Source: Nitrososphaerota archaeon
Lineage (GTDB): Archaea > Thermoproteota > Nitrososphaeria > Nitrososphaerales > UBA57
NCBI GenBank assembly: GCA_027295865.1
Contig: JAPUKB010000099.1
Coordinates: 1 to 24,000, forward strand
Reading direction: 5' to 3'
DNA length: 24,000 nucleotides
Shown: positions 8,403-16,430 of the stretch, piece after piece
How the letters are laid out: the number at the start of each line of letters is the position of its first letter
Numbering within the stretch: the first letter of the stretch is position 1
The notes under the pieces: generated by a model
What the model was told of the DNA's origin: nothing
The model's database searches: none
Seen by the model: the letters and a program-made list of their open reading frames with translations, nothing else
Position numbers and translations under genes: made by a program

Positions 8403-8975
8403 GACTCGATTCTCGAGAAACTGAGGAAGTCAGTCAGTCCCTTAATAGAGAAAGTCGGAAGGGTAGCTGCTTCAACTGGACTTCCCCCAAGCTTCTGGAC
8501 CGGGCTGGGTCTTGTTCTCAGCGTTTTCTCGGCCCTAGCATATGCTAGATTCCTCCCGGGTGGACCTCCGTTTGCTGGAATTCTCTTACTAGCTGCAGGT
8601 GGTCTCGATATTATCGACGGTGCAGTCGCCAAGGCAACCTCTAGAGAAAGCAAGTCCGGTGCGTTCATAGACTCTACGGCAGATCGAATCTCAGAAGTAG
8701 TTATCTTTTCAGGCATCATCTTCGGTGGTTATACCTTTCCTTTAGTAGTTCTGCTCGCTGTCTCCTTATCCTTGCTCACAAGCTACGCTAGAGCAAGGGC
8801 TGAGCCCTTGGGGGTAGACCTGAGAGGAGTTGGGATCGCAGAACGACCAGAGAGGCTAATAATACTGAGCTCTTTTAGTTTCTTTTCCCTTGTTGGTTAT
8901 GCCGTCATGCTGATCGTGATTTTGGAAGGTGCTACTTTTGTTCAGAGGGTTATTGTTACTCTCAAAAAAGTCTGA
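8403..8975 (+). CDS. CDP-alcohol phosphatidyltransferase family protein (archaetidyl-headgroup synthase type); start codon unresolved
   Basis: My translation of the frame open from 8403 reads DSILEKLRKSVSPLIEKVGRVAASTGLPPSFWTGLGLVLS...GGLDIIDGAVAKATSRESKSGAFIDSTADRISE...SYARARAEPLG. It contains the family signature D-G-x2-A-(R/K)-x8-G-x3-D-x3-D. The ORF track reports only the last 67 aa (TTG 8772). The minus-strand ORF 8357..8719 is its antisense shadow. Confidence 0.8.
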   Translation, partial: DSILEKLRKSVSPLIEKVGRVAASTGLPPSFWTGLGLVLSVFSALAYARFLPGGPPFAGILLLAAGGLDIIDGAVAKATSRESKSGAFIDSTADRISEVVIFSGIIFGGYTFPLVVLLAVSLSLLTSYARARAEPLGVDLRGVGIAERPERLIILSSFSFFSLVGYAVMLIVILEGATFVQRVIVTLKKV

Positions 8976-8983
8976 ATTTGGCA

Positions 8984-9262
8984 TCAGTATTTTCTTCTTC
9001 GTTCACTCTTAGCTCTTACCTTTACATGACCGAAATGAACAGCACAAGATACGCAATAGAGTTTCAGAGTATTCTGCGTAGCAATATATGTACCAGCGGC
9101 CCGAAGCTCGCGAGCTAATGAAGGCTCCACAAGAGAAATCCTAGACGTGACTCTTTTGGCTTTGTCTTTTGGAACTATGGTACCGCAATTACTACATTGA
9201 ACATGATCAGAACTACCCTTTCCTCCCTTTGACCTTCCTCCACTCTTTCTCTTCTTAGTCAA
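8984..9262 (-). CDS. rps26e: Ribosomal protein eS26 (S26e)
   Basis: From TTG at 9262 it reads (M)TKKRKSGGRSKGGKGSSDHVQCSNCGTIVPKDKAKRVTSRISLVEPSLARELRAAGTYIATQNTLKLYCVSCAVHFGHVKVRAKSERRRKY. It has the typical eS26 basic N-terminus and C-x2-C ... C-x2-C zinc ribbon. The track ORF extends to 9376, but those upstream 38 codons do not look like eS26. Confidence 0.9.
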   Translation of the reverse strand: MTKKRKSGGRSKGGKGSSDHVQCSNCGTIVPKDKAKRVTSRISLVEPSLARELRAAGTYIATQNTLKLYCVSCAVHFGHVKVRAKSERRRKY

Positions 9263-9460
9263 CTCTGATCCAACTGTATTGAATCTAATGCATAAATGTT
9301 GTGGGAGTAAATGTCGGGGATGAGGACAGGCATAACTGGACGCATGTGGTAATAATGAGATTGTATTCAACGTCACGATAAAGTCATCGTTAGCATTGGA
9401 GGAACCTCATCTTGCCCAGGCCCTGTTACGTCGTGCCGCAAGGACATTTACAGGGCTCCA

Positions 9461-10603
9461 TTGGAGGAAGAAGATCATGATTACCCAATCGAACCTCAGA
9501 AGATGTTTGATGGGAATGAGGATATAAGGCGTAGAATCCTACTTTCCCTTTGGTCACTTTTCGGTTTGAGTTCTGGAGAGCAGTCGATTCTGCCCCGCTG
9601 GATTATGAACCATCTTAGGGATTCCTATGATTACACTTGCATGGGGCTCGTTGGATGTAGAAGCGATAAAACCGCATACCCCTGTTGTGAGTACGATTTT
9701 GTTTCTATGACTCCTATGCCGAAGAGAAATCTTACGGTGAAAGTCAACTCCGATACGTATCTAGAGGTATTCTCGTTGCCCGAGGAACTGAACAATCTGA
9801 CAGGAGAACAACTTTACCCATTCCTTACCATGAAGTTCGCGGGAGGAAACGAACTGTTATTTTCCGCCCTACAAGGAATTATAGATTCCGCTGGGCCTAA
9901 TTCGATCCGAGCTGACTTCTCTTTAAGTAGGTTAATAGACGCTTCATCGATGGCTCACAAAGCTCAAGAATCGAGGGAGAAAGGTGAATTCCTGGATTGC
10001 TCTTTTTGGATCCTGTCCGCAACAAACGCAGTTGCGACATCAATAATTTCTCGTGGAAGGAGTCAGTTTCATCCATCCCATGTCCTTGATTCCTTACGGG
10101 GTCAGATGAAGATTGATGGCGATATTTGGAACGCCAATGCCCTATATCAAGCCCTGGGCCTATCCGAAGCTAACAACTCCTCCCTTCTGAGACGGACACG
10201 TGGATTGGATGAATTGATTCTGGCAACCCTCGAACTACAGGAAGGACCTCCGGAAGTTGTCTCCACCCGACTGAAGCTGCTCAAAGCAAAGGCTGCTTGG
10301 ATGAAATCCTCCCACATGGCAGCCCAGGCTTATTGCTACCTTGGATTTGAGGTCGTTTCTATTTTGGGAATGATATACACCAAATATTGTCAACATGAAG
10401 GAATCCCACCACATCAAACAAGGGTACTGTCCGAAGTTGAAAGAGCTGAGAGACCCTACAGAATAACGTCATCCGTCCTCAACAAGGTCGGCTTGATTCA
10501 TCAAGAAACCGTGGTTGAGGAACGTTTGGATGGAATCTTGAAGTCCTTAGACCTCATCAAGTCTAGCACCTTCAATAGTCTTGGAGACTCCATAAACCCT
10601 TAA
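9461..10603 (+). CDS. Hypothetical protein, 380 aa, no family recognised (weak NTase-like and Rx5H motifs, see findings)
   Basis: A long ORF with normal amino-acid composition. The start is TTG 9461 or the in-frame ATG at 9503. Only 28 nt with no TATA-like element separate it from the next gene, suggesting co-transcription with 10632..12620. Confidence 0.6.
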   Translation: MEEEDHDYPIEPQKMFDGNEDIRRRILLSLWSLFGLSSGEQSILPRWIMNHLRDSYDYTCMGLVGCRSDKTAYPCCEYDFVSMTPMPKRNLTVKVNSDTYLEVFSLPEELNNLTGEQLYPFLTMKFAGGNELLFSALQGIIDSAGPNSIRADFSLSRLIDASSMAHKAQESREKGEFLDCSFWILSATNAVATSIISRGRSQFHPSHVLDSLRGQMKIDGDIWNANALYQALGLSEANNSSLLRRTRGLDELILATLELQEGPPEVVSTRLKLLKAKAAWMKSSHMAAQAYCYLGFEVVSILGMIYTKYCQHEGIPPHQTRVLSEVERAERPYRITSSVLNKVGLIHQETVVEERLDGILKSLDLIKSSTFNSLGDSINP

Positions 10604-10631
10604 CTATCGACGGGAAAGCGACCATCGAGAC

Positions 10632-11336
10632 ATGAAAGCTGTCGTTCTAGCAGGGGGCCTCGGAACGAGATTAAGGCCATACACGTACTTTCTGCCTAAG
10701 CCCATGCTCCCGCTTGGCTACAAGCCTCTGCTCGGACACATTATAGACTGGTTAGTGAGTCTCAAGATTACAAACCTCGTCGTTTGCGTTGGTTATCTAC
10801 AGAAAGTCATTGAGGAATACTTTGAGAATGGAGCTGACTTCGGGGCCCAGATCAGCTACTCCAGGTCGCAAAAACCTTTGGGAACAGCGGGACAGCTTAA
10901 ACATGCGGAGCCCTTTGTCGACGGTTCGTTTCTATGTGTCTATGGTGATTCTCTCTATGATTTCGAATTGAAGGAGGTCGTCAAGTTACATGAAAAAAGA
11001 GGGGCGCTTGCGACAATGGTGCTAATGGACTACAAGACCAAGATGAAATACGGTTTCATCGACCTTGGGAAGGACAACTCTGTCCTTCAATGGAGAGAGA
11101 AGCCTGAGGTGTCGAACCTAATAAATGTGGGATGTTACATAATGGAAAAAGAGTTTCTAAAATATATCCCCGAAAACAAAATGTACGGTATGGACGTAGC
11201 CTTCAAGAATGCCCTCAGCGAAGGTGAAACAATCTGCGGGATCCGACCAAAAGGTCAAGTGATAGATATCGGTGATAAAGAATCCTACGAAAAAGCGGTA
11301 GAGGCATATGACAGTGAATTTGGGAAGATACTGTGA
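10632..11336 (+). CDS. Sugar-1-phosphate nucleotidyltransferase (NTP_transferase family, RmlA/ManC-like)
   Basis: The N-terminal signature MKAVVLAGGLGTRLRPYTYFLPKPMLPLG (GxGTRLxPxT...KP) is present, along with YGDSLYD and GCYIMEKEF. 234 aa, with no C-terminal hexapeptide domain. Sugar specificity cannot be called from sequence. Confidence 0.88.
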   Translation: MKAVVLAGGLGTRLRPYTYFLPKPMLPLGYKPLLGHIIDWLVSLKITNLVVCVGYLQKVIEEYFENGADFGAQISYSRSQKPLGTAGQLKHAEPFVDGSFLCVYGDSLYDFELKEVVKLHEKRGALATMVLMDYKTKMKYGFIDLGKDNSVLQWREKPEVSNLINVGCYIMEKEFLKYIPENKMYGMDVAFKNALSEGETICGIRPKGQVIDIGDKESYEKAVEAYDSEFGKIL

Positions 11337-12620
11337 ATGGAATCCGCATTAATCCTCTTCGAAGACAATCTCGTAAGAAACTTCTACCCAATCACCCTGA
11401 TGCGACCCGGGCTTGATCTCCAACTAGGCCCCTTAAGCTTATTGAACTGGGCGAAGGCTATCCTCAACCCGCATTCAGTACATGCATATGTACGGAGCTA
11501 TCTTCGCGCATCTGTGACCTCCAGACATCCGAATCTTGAAGTAAACAGTGAAGAAGATCTGGATTCCCACGAGGATGTTGTGCTGATGAATTGCATGGCG
11601 AATCCACTTTCCCCGAAGACCTCCTATCTCCGGAAAGGCTATTGGTGCGTTCTTTCCAGTTCAGGCCATTTAATCGCAGCCAAATTGCGGGCACGGGATC
11701 TATCTCAAGTTGTCATCAGGGGAATTCCAAGCATTTCTCGGATTCTGAGGCTTCATTACTTGACGAGAACCGAGGAGAATTCGAATTCTTCGCTGTTAAC
11801 GTTTCCTTGGGATATCCTCGACCTTAGCCCCTCAGCGATCTCGGCCGCCGTTAGAGGAAGAAATAATTCCTGGGAGAGCTCGCTCAGGAACCATGCTATC
11901 ATCGGTCAAGAGAAAGAAGTCAAATCTGCAGGGAGCAACAATAATGTTGAGCCAAGCGTCGTCCTCGACACCCGCAAAGGGCCGATTATATTCCACGAGA
12001 ATGTAACGATTGAAGCATTCAGTCGGATCGAGGGTCCTTGTTTTATTGGGAAGGACTCTAAAGTTAGAGCCGGATCTTCAATCCGAGGTAGCAGCATCGG
12101 CCAATCATGTATAATTGGAGGCGAGGTCGAAAGATCGGTTATTCATGGTTACTCGAACAAGGCCCATGCTGGATACCTGGGAGACGCGATCGTGGGGTCG
12201 TGGGTTAACATTGGCGCTATGACCACGAATTCTAACCTCAAGAATACCTACGGGCAGGTAAAGGTACGGGTTGGTCGAAGAAAAGTAAATACTGGCAGGC
12301 AGAAATTTGGTTGCATAATTGGAGATCATGCAAAAACTTCGATTGGCTCATTCCTTTCCTCGATTCAGGTCGGGGTCTCGTCCCACATCTATGGACGAAG
12401 CATGGTCGACATTCCATCTTTTACTATTTACGCGAAGTCATTTGGGAAGAGAAAGGTAGAGCTCGATCTTGATTCAGCATGCCGTACTCAGGGTAGGATG
12501 ATGCAAAGGAGAGGAATTCAGCAGACAAAACCCGAGGTGGACCTTCTTCGGAAAGTCTTCGCGATTACCCGCCCCGAGAGACTCAAGTCGAACGTGAGAC
12601 CTGGTAAGTTTAGTATCTAG
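11337..12620 (+). CDS. GlmU-like putative sugar nucleotidyltransferase/acyltransferase with a left-handed beta-helix (hexapeptide repeat) domain
   Basis: The N-terminus ALILFEDNLVRNFYPITLMRPGLDLQLGPLSLL resembles the alternative GlmU-like family, which typically begins ...LFED...L.PLT..RP...L..G. The C-terminal half has hexapeptide-like repeats (IGKDSKVRAGSSIRGSSIGQSCIIGGEVERSVIHGYSNKAHAGYLGDAIVGSWVNIGA). The ATG directly abuts the upstream stop (TGAATG). Confidence 0.72.
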   Translation: MESALILFEDNLVRNFYPITLMRPGLDLQLGPLSLLNWAKAILNPHSVHAYVRSYLRASVTSRHPNLEVNSEEDLDSHEDVVLMNCMANPLSPKTSYLRKGYWCVLSSSGHLIAAKLRARDLSQVVIRGIPSISRILRLHYLTRTEENSNSSLLTFPWDILDLSPSAISAAVRGRNNSWESSLRNHAIIGQEKEVKSAGSNNNVEPSVVLDTRKGPIIFHENVTIEAFSRIEGPCFIGKDSKVRAGSSIRGSSIGQSCIIGGEVERSVIHGYSNKAHAGYLGDAIVGSWVNIGAMTTNSNLKNTYGQVKVRVGRRKVNTGRQKFGCIIGDHAKTSIGSFLSSIQVGVSSHIYGRSMVDIPSFTIYAKSFGKRKVELDLDSACRTQGRMMQRRGIQQTKPEVDLLRKVFAITRPERLKSNVRPGKFSI

Positions 12621-12652
12621 GGGAATTGGTCGAATGCAACCCCCTTCTTTGC

Positions 12653-13627
12653 TTAAACTACCCCCACTAGAGCTGCAAGCTCCTTTCTTGAAGCCCTGCC
12701 GAGAGTCTCCGCGGCGAGCTCCGGGGTCGTATCATTGAGAAATACACTCATCCCCTCCTCCAAGCCTGCACGGATACTCACTAGGGGATATGCTTCTAGG
12801 TGCCAATGAAGCTCTAGATCCTTGTCTCCCTGCGGCGAGTTGTGGAAAACAACGGTAAATGGTATATCACCGACAGCACGGGTTAGCCCCCCAAGCGTGG
12901 ACCGCAGTATGAGAGCAAGATCGTATATCTCCTTGTCAGAGATTTCAAGGAAACTTGTCTGGTGAGTCTTTGGTGTTATCCAGAACTCAAAAGGATGCGT
13001 AGCCGCCCAAGGTGCGAAAGCAAGGAAATGCGTAGTGGATAAGATTTGGCGCGGACCCCCAGTCTCAAGACTTAGGACCCTGCAAATCGGACATATGCCA
13101 AGATCATACATTGACTTCTCAACCGCCTTAATTTCATACTCAATTGCGGGCGGGATGATTGGGAGGGTGAGAATCTCAAAATTAGGATGGAAAGAACTAA
13201 TGGCACCATCGTCCCCATAGCCCACTCCATAGTTAAGGAAGGTGGCGGCGTACCCGCCTCCTTTCCTTGAGGATAAAGATCTAGCTGTCTCTTGAAGGAT
13301 GCTAAGAATCTGAGACAGCTTCTGAACTTTAAGAGTTTGAACTTTGTCATCATGGTTGGTGATGGCAACTATGAGATGGCGACCTACGGGAATGAGGTGA
13401 GAGAGCATCTCATCGTCCTTGAGGTCAGAGGGCCTATCCGAGCTTATCAATCTACTTTTCTGGTCGACTACAACCGCAGGTTTTCCTTTGTCTTTGATTC
13501 CTGCACATAGAGCGCATCTGGTTGATGATCTTGTCACAGGCGGTTTGATCTCCACTGGTCGTCCCGATCTCTCTGAATTCATTATCACAAACTTCTCACC
13601 AAAATAATCCTTCCTAAGTTCTGTCAC
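12653..13627 (-). CDS. Galactose-1-phosphate uridylyltransferase-like protein (GalT/HIT superfamily nucleotidyltransferase)
   Basis: 324 aa with a GTG start. It has an N-terminal Cys pair (CALCAG), two half-domains and a C-terminal histidine motif (ELHWHLEAYP) in the position of the GalT/HIT active-site His-x-His. IPFTVVFHNSP is also typical of the family. Confidence 0.75.
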   Translation of the reverse strand: MTELRKDYFGEKFVIMNSERSGRPVEIKPPVTRSSTRCALCAGIKDKGKPAVVVDQKSRLISSDRPSDLKDDEMLSHLIPVGRHLIVAITNHDDKVQTLKVQKLSQILSILQETARSLSSRKGGGYAATFLNYGVGYGDDGAISSFHPNFEILTLPIIPPAIEYEIKAVEKSMYDLGICPICRVLSLETGGPRQILSTTHFLAFAPWAATHPFEFWITPKTHQTSFLEISDKEIYDLALILRSTLGGLTRAVGDIPFTVVFHNSPQGDKDLELHWHLEAYPLVSIRAGLEEGMSVFLNDTTPELAAETLGRASRKELAALVGVV

Positions 13628-13648
13628 GGTAATGTCGGCTCCACTTTC

Positions 13649-13658
13649 AACATATAGC
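13649..13658. promoter_or_regulatory. TATA-like element (aacatatagc) in the 38-nt divergent spacer between the GalT-like gene and apgM
   Basis: This is the only AT-rich block in the spacer. It lies about 27 nt from GTG 13627 on the minus strand but only about 10 nt from ATG 13666 on the plus strand, so the apgM start or transcription start remains uncertain. Confidence 0.35.
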
Positions 13659-13665
13659 CTCTTTC

Positions 13666-14985
13666 ATGAATCAGACAACCTTAAAGCACTTTGTTGGCAA
13701 GATCTGTAATCACGTGCCATTGAAGACTAAACTGGTTTATGTATTACTCGATGGTGTAGGAGATCTCCCTAATCCAAGCCTTAACGAACTCACACCTCTT
13801 CAAGCTGCTAGGACACCCAACTTAGACAAACTCGTTCTGAATGGATGTATGGGGCTGGTGTATACAGTCGGGAAAGGAATAGCTCCAGAATCAGACGCCG
13901 GAGTATTGAGTATGTTGGGATATGATATATCAGCCGGATATGTTGGAAGGGGACCTATAGAAGCCATTGGGGAATCTATGGAATTCGGAGATGGGCAGCT
14001 CGCGCTGAGAGCTAACTTTGCGACCATTGACCACCGAGGAAAGATTCTCGACAGGAGAGCCGGCAGGAACCTTTCCAGTGAAGAAGCCTATTCTCTAGCC
14101 CAGGCAATAAACTCAGGAGTAGTCTTAGGGGGCGGAGCTTCATTCCAGCTAAAAGCGACTCTAGGGCATAGATGTGTCCTAGTTATTCGATTGAAAGGTA
14201 GCAATCTCTCCTCCGAAATTACGAATACGGATCCTGCATACATAAGGAGAGGGGGACTCGGTGTAGCGGTAGGGGGAACTACCATGTCTATGGAAGTTGC
14301 CAAGGCGGTCCCAACTGGCCCCGCTAGAGGCGCCATTATTGCTGCAACGCTTGTGAATGAGTTCACCCAGCAATCGTCTGAGATACTGGTGAGACATTCC
14401 GTTAATACTAATAGAAAGAGAGAGGGCAAGAAGCCGGCCAACGTTATTCTTCTGCGTGACCCGGGACATTTGAAACCAAGTTTCGAGCCCATCGATAAGA
14501 AATACGGAGCAAGATTTGCATGCTTGGCCGACATGCCCGTTGAGAAGGGAATTGCTTCAGTAACAGGGATGGAATTAGTAAAAGGTGGAACTCCAATCGA
14601 TTACAGGCTCAAAGCAGAGCTGGCCAACCGACTCCTGTCACGTTTTTCTGTCATTTATGTTCACATAAAAGGCCCCGACGAACCAGGCCATGATGGAGAC
14701 GCGAATCTCAAAAAAGAGATAATTGAAGACGTCGATAATGGTTTTTTTGGAGAATTGATGGGTCACATTAGTTCGGAAGAGGTCGTAGTTGCAGTATCTG
14801 CGGATCATTCCACCCCGTGCACATTGCGGGCGCATAGCGATCACCCAGTTCCACTCCTTTTATCGGGTAATCATGTTAATCGTGACAAGAGTTGCAGGTT
14901 TACCGAGCGTGATGGAACCATCGGGTCACTGGGTGTCCTTCGCGGGCCTGATGTCTTGAGAACAATTCTTAAGCTCGCTCTTTAA
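13666..14985 (+). CDS. apgM: 2,3-bisphosphoglycerate-independent phosphoglycerate mutase, archaeal type
   Basis: Motifs typical of ApgM and the alkaline-phosphatase superfamily are present: VLLDGVGD, ANFATID, HIKGPDEPGHDGD and SADHSTP. 439 aa. Alternative in-frame starts are GTG 13714 and TTG 13720. Confidence 0.9.
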   Translation: MNQTTLKHFVGKICNHVPLKTKLVYVLLDGVGDLPNPSLNELTPLQAARTPNLDKLVLNGCMGLVYTVGKGIAPESDAGVLSMLGYDISAGYVGRGPIEAIGESMEFGDGQLALRANFATIDHRGKILDRRAGRNLSSEEAYSLAQAINSGVVLGGGASFQLKATLGHRCVLVIRLKGSNLSSEITNTDPAYIRRGGLGVAVGGTTMSMEVAKAVPTGPARGAIIAATLVNEFTQQSSEILVRHSVNTNRKREGKKPANVILLRDPGHLKPSFEPIDKKYGARFACLADMPVEKGIASVTGMELVKGGTPIDYRLKAELANRLLSRFSVIYVHIKGPDEPGHDGDANLKKEIIEDVDNGFFGELMGHISSEEVVVAVSADHSTPCTLRAHSDHPVPLLLSGNHVNRDKSCRFTERDGTIGSLGVLRGPDVLRTILKLAL

Positions 14986-16354
14986 TATCCGCATCGACTG
15001 TGTGTTCTGCCGCGCTGTCGGAAAAAGAGAGAGCAATGTTACCTCCCTCGCGGTCGAAAAGTTCCTCTATTTTTTCGGCCCTTCGAATCACATCGATTTC
15101 GCCGTTCATCCTCCTCATAAGGACTGTCGGTTTTATCTGGCAGTGAAAAGGCATATTAAAAACCAGTGAGTACGCCCCCGTATTTCTGAAAACCAGCAGT
15201 TTTCCATCTTGCACGCCTCCTAGACTCAACGTCGATTCCGAAGGGAAGATATCAAGTGTGTCACAAAGCCTTCCAACTACGTTTATCTTCATATGTTCTC
15301 CTCCAAATTCTTCCGTTGAGGCTGGGATTATCTCCTGCGGATAAGCCTGGTGAAGAAGAGCCGCGTCCAACAAGAGATGATAACCGGCATCCACAATTAT
15401 AAATTTGGTTGCCTCGTACACCTTTGAGTTTACGACTCTTGTTATCAGGACCGATGATTCCGCAGCCAGAAATCTCCCGCTTTCAATGATTAATGTGAAG
15501 TCTGCACCCAGTGTTTTGACCATGGAGTTAAGCTTACTGATGATAGGGAACGCAATTTCCCTTGGAGACGGAACAGCTCTTCCATAATCTACAGGAGTCC
15601 CACCACCTATGTCCAGGATTTTCAGTCGTAGCTCGGGGCGTTCTCTCTTCATTTTAAGTATGAAATTCTCTACTTTCTCCAAGGCGGGGACAAAACACGA
15701 TGGGTCCTCTATTTGGGAGCCGAGATGGAAATGAACCCCTTCCAACTCCAGGTTTTCGCTCTCAATTATCTTGCCGAATAGACTTGTCGCGCTATCGACC
15801 GTGGAGCCATTTATCGGTACCCCAAATTTCCCGTTTTTATAAGAAGCGCGTACACCCGCCTTGACCCCCACTTCAGGATTGATTCTGATCAGGACTGATG
15901 TAGTTAATCCAAGAGACTTTGAAGACCGAATTAAATTCACTAGCCCATTATGCGAGCTAAGAACTACTCTATTCACTCCTTTACTTAGGATAATGCGGAA
16001 CTCTTCTTCTTCCTCAGTGATGCTGGTGTATATGATGTTTTCAGGGTTGCCTCCAAGACGGAGGTAGAACTCGATCTCACCTATTGAGGTGATATCAAAA
16101 AGAATTCCTTCGGACATGAAGACCCTGATAATAGACGGGTTGAAGTTGGCCTTCATCGAGTAAGCGGCTATGGCCTGCCCCTGGAATCCTCTATAGGCAG
16201 CTTCTAAGATGGAAAGCTTTTTTCTTAAAGTCTCCTCGTCAACGACATAAGCGGGAGTCCCGTATCGTTCTGCTAGATTCTGGATTTCTAGATCAGTAAA
16301 ACTCGGAGTGAAAGTAGGCGTTTGCCGAATTGATTCGTAGGCTGCCTTCGCCAA
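14969..16354 (-). CDS. PLP-dependent decarboxylase, Orn/DAP/Arg decarboxylase family (LysA-like; substrate unresolved)
   Basis: Family motifs present are YSMKANFNP (PLP lysine), HFHLGSQ, LDIGGG, ESGRFL, GRLCDTLD and TGAY. The start is TTG 16354. About 40 extra C-terminal residues overlap the apgM 3' end by 17 nt. Confidence 0.85.
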   Translation of the reverse strand: MAKAAYESIRQTPTFTPSFTDLEIQNLAERYGTPAYVVDEETLRKKLSILEAAYRGFQGQAIAAYSMKANFNPSIIRVFMSEGILFDITSIGEIEFYLRLGGNPENIIYTSITEEEEEFRIILSKGVNRVVLSSHNGLVNLIRSSKSLGLTTSVLIRINPEVGVKAGVRASYKNGKFGVPINGSTVDSATSLFGKIIESENLELEGVHFHLGSQIEDPSCFVPALEKVENFILKMKRERPELRLKILDIGGGTPVDYGRAVPSPREIAFPIISKLNSMVKTLGADFTLIIESGRFLAAESSVLITRVVNSKVYEATKFIIVDAGYHLLLDAALLHQAYPQEIIPASTEEFGGEHMKINVVGRLCDTLDIFPSESTLSLGGVQDGKLLVFRNTGAYSLVFNMPFHCQIKPTVLMRRMNGEIDVIRRAEKIEELFDREGGNIALSFSDSAAEHTVDADIKERA

Positions 16355-16430
16355 TTCCTAGTTCAAGAAAGCTAGATTAGCCACGACGAGTCGAATCTCG
16401 GAAATCATTTGATTCAAAAGAGGAGTCATT

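Noticed and set aside
8357-8719. 120-aa minus-strand ORF
   Set aside because: It is antisense to the frame carrying the complete CDP-alcohol phosphatidyltransferase signature. It also overlaps the better small ORF start at 8342 and has no motifs.
9263-9376. N-terminal 38 codons of the track ORF 8984..9376 as part of eS26
   Set aside because: That segment (MTLNTISLLPHASSYACPHPRHLL...) is unlike any eS26. The canonical basic N-terminus starts at TTG 9262, with a TATA-like element about 30 nt upstream.
14088-14534. 148-aa and 96-aa minus-strand ORFs inside apgM
   Set aside because: They are antisense shadows of a strongly supported gene and have no recognisable motifs.
16355-16430. 76-nt intergenic region of tRNA-like length
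   Set aside because: It has no acceptor-stem complementarity and no GTTCRA T-loop motif. It is more simply the albA 3' region (a short T run) plus the decarboxylase upstream region.
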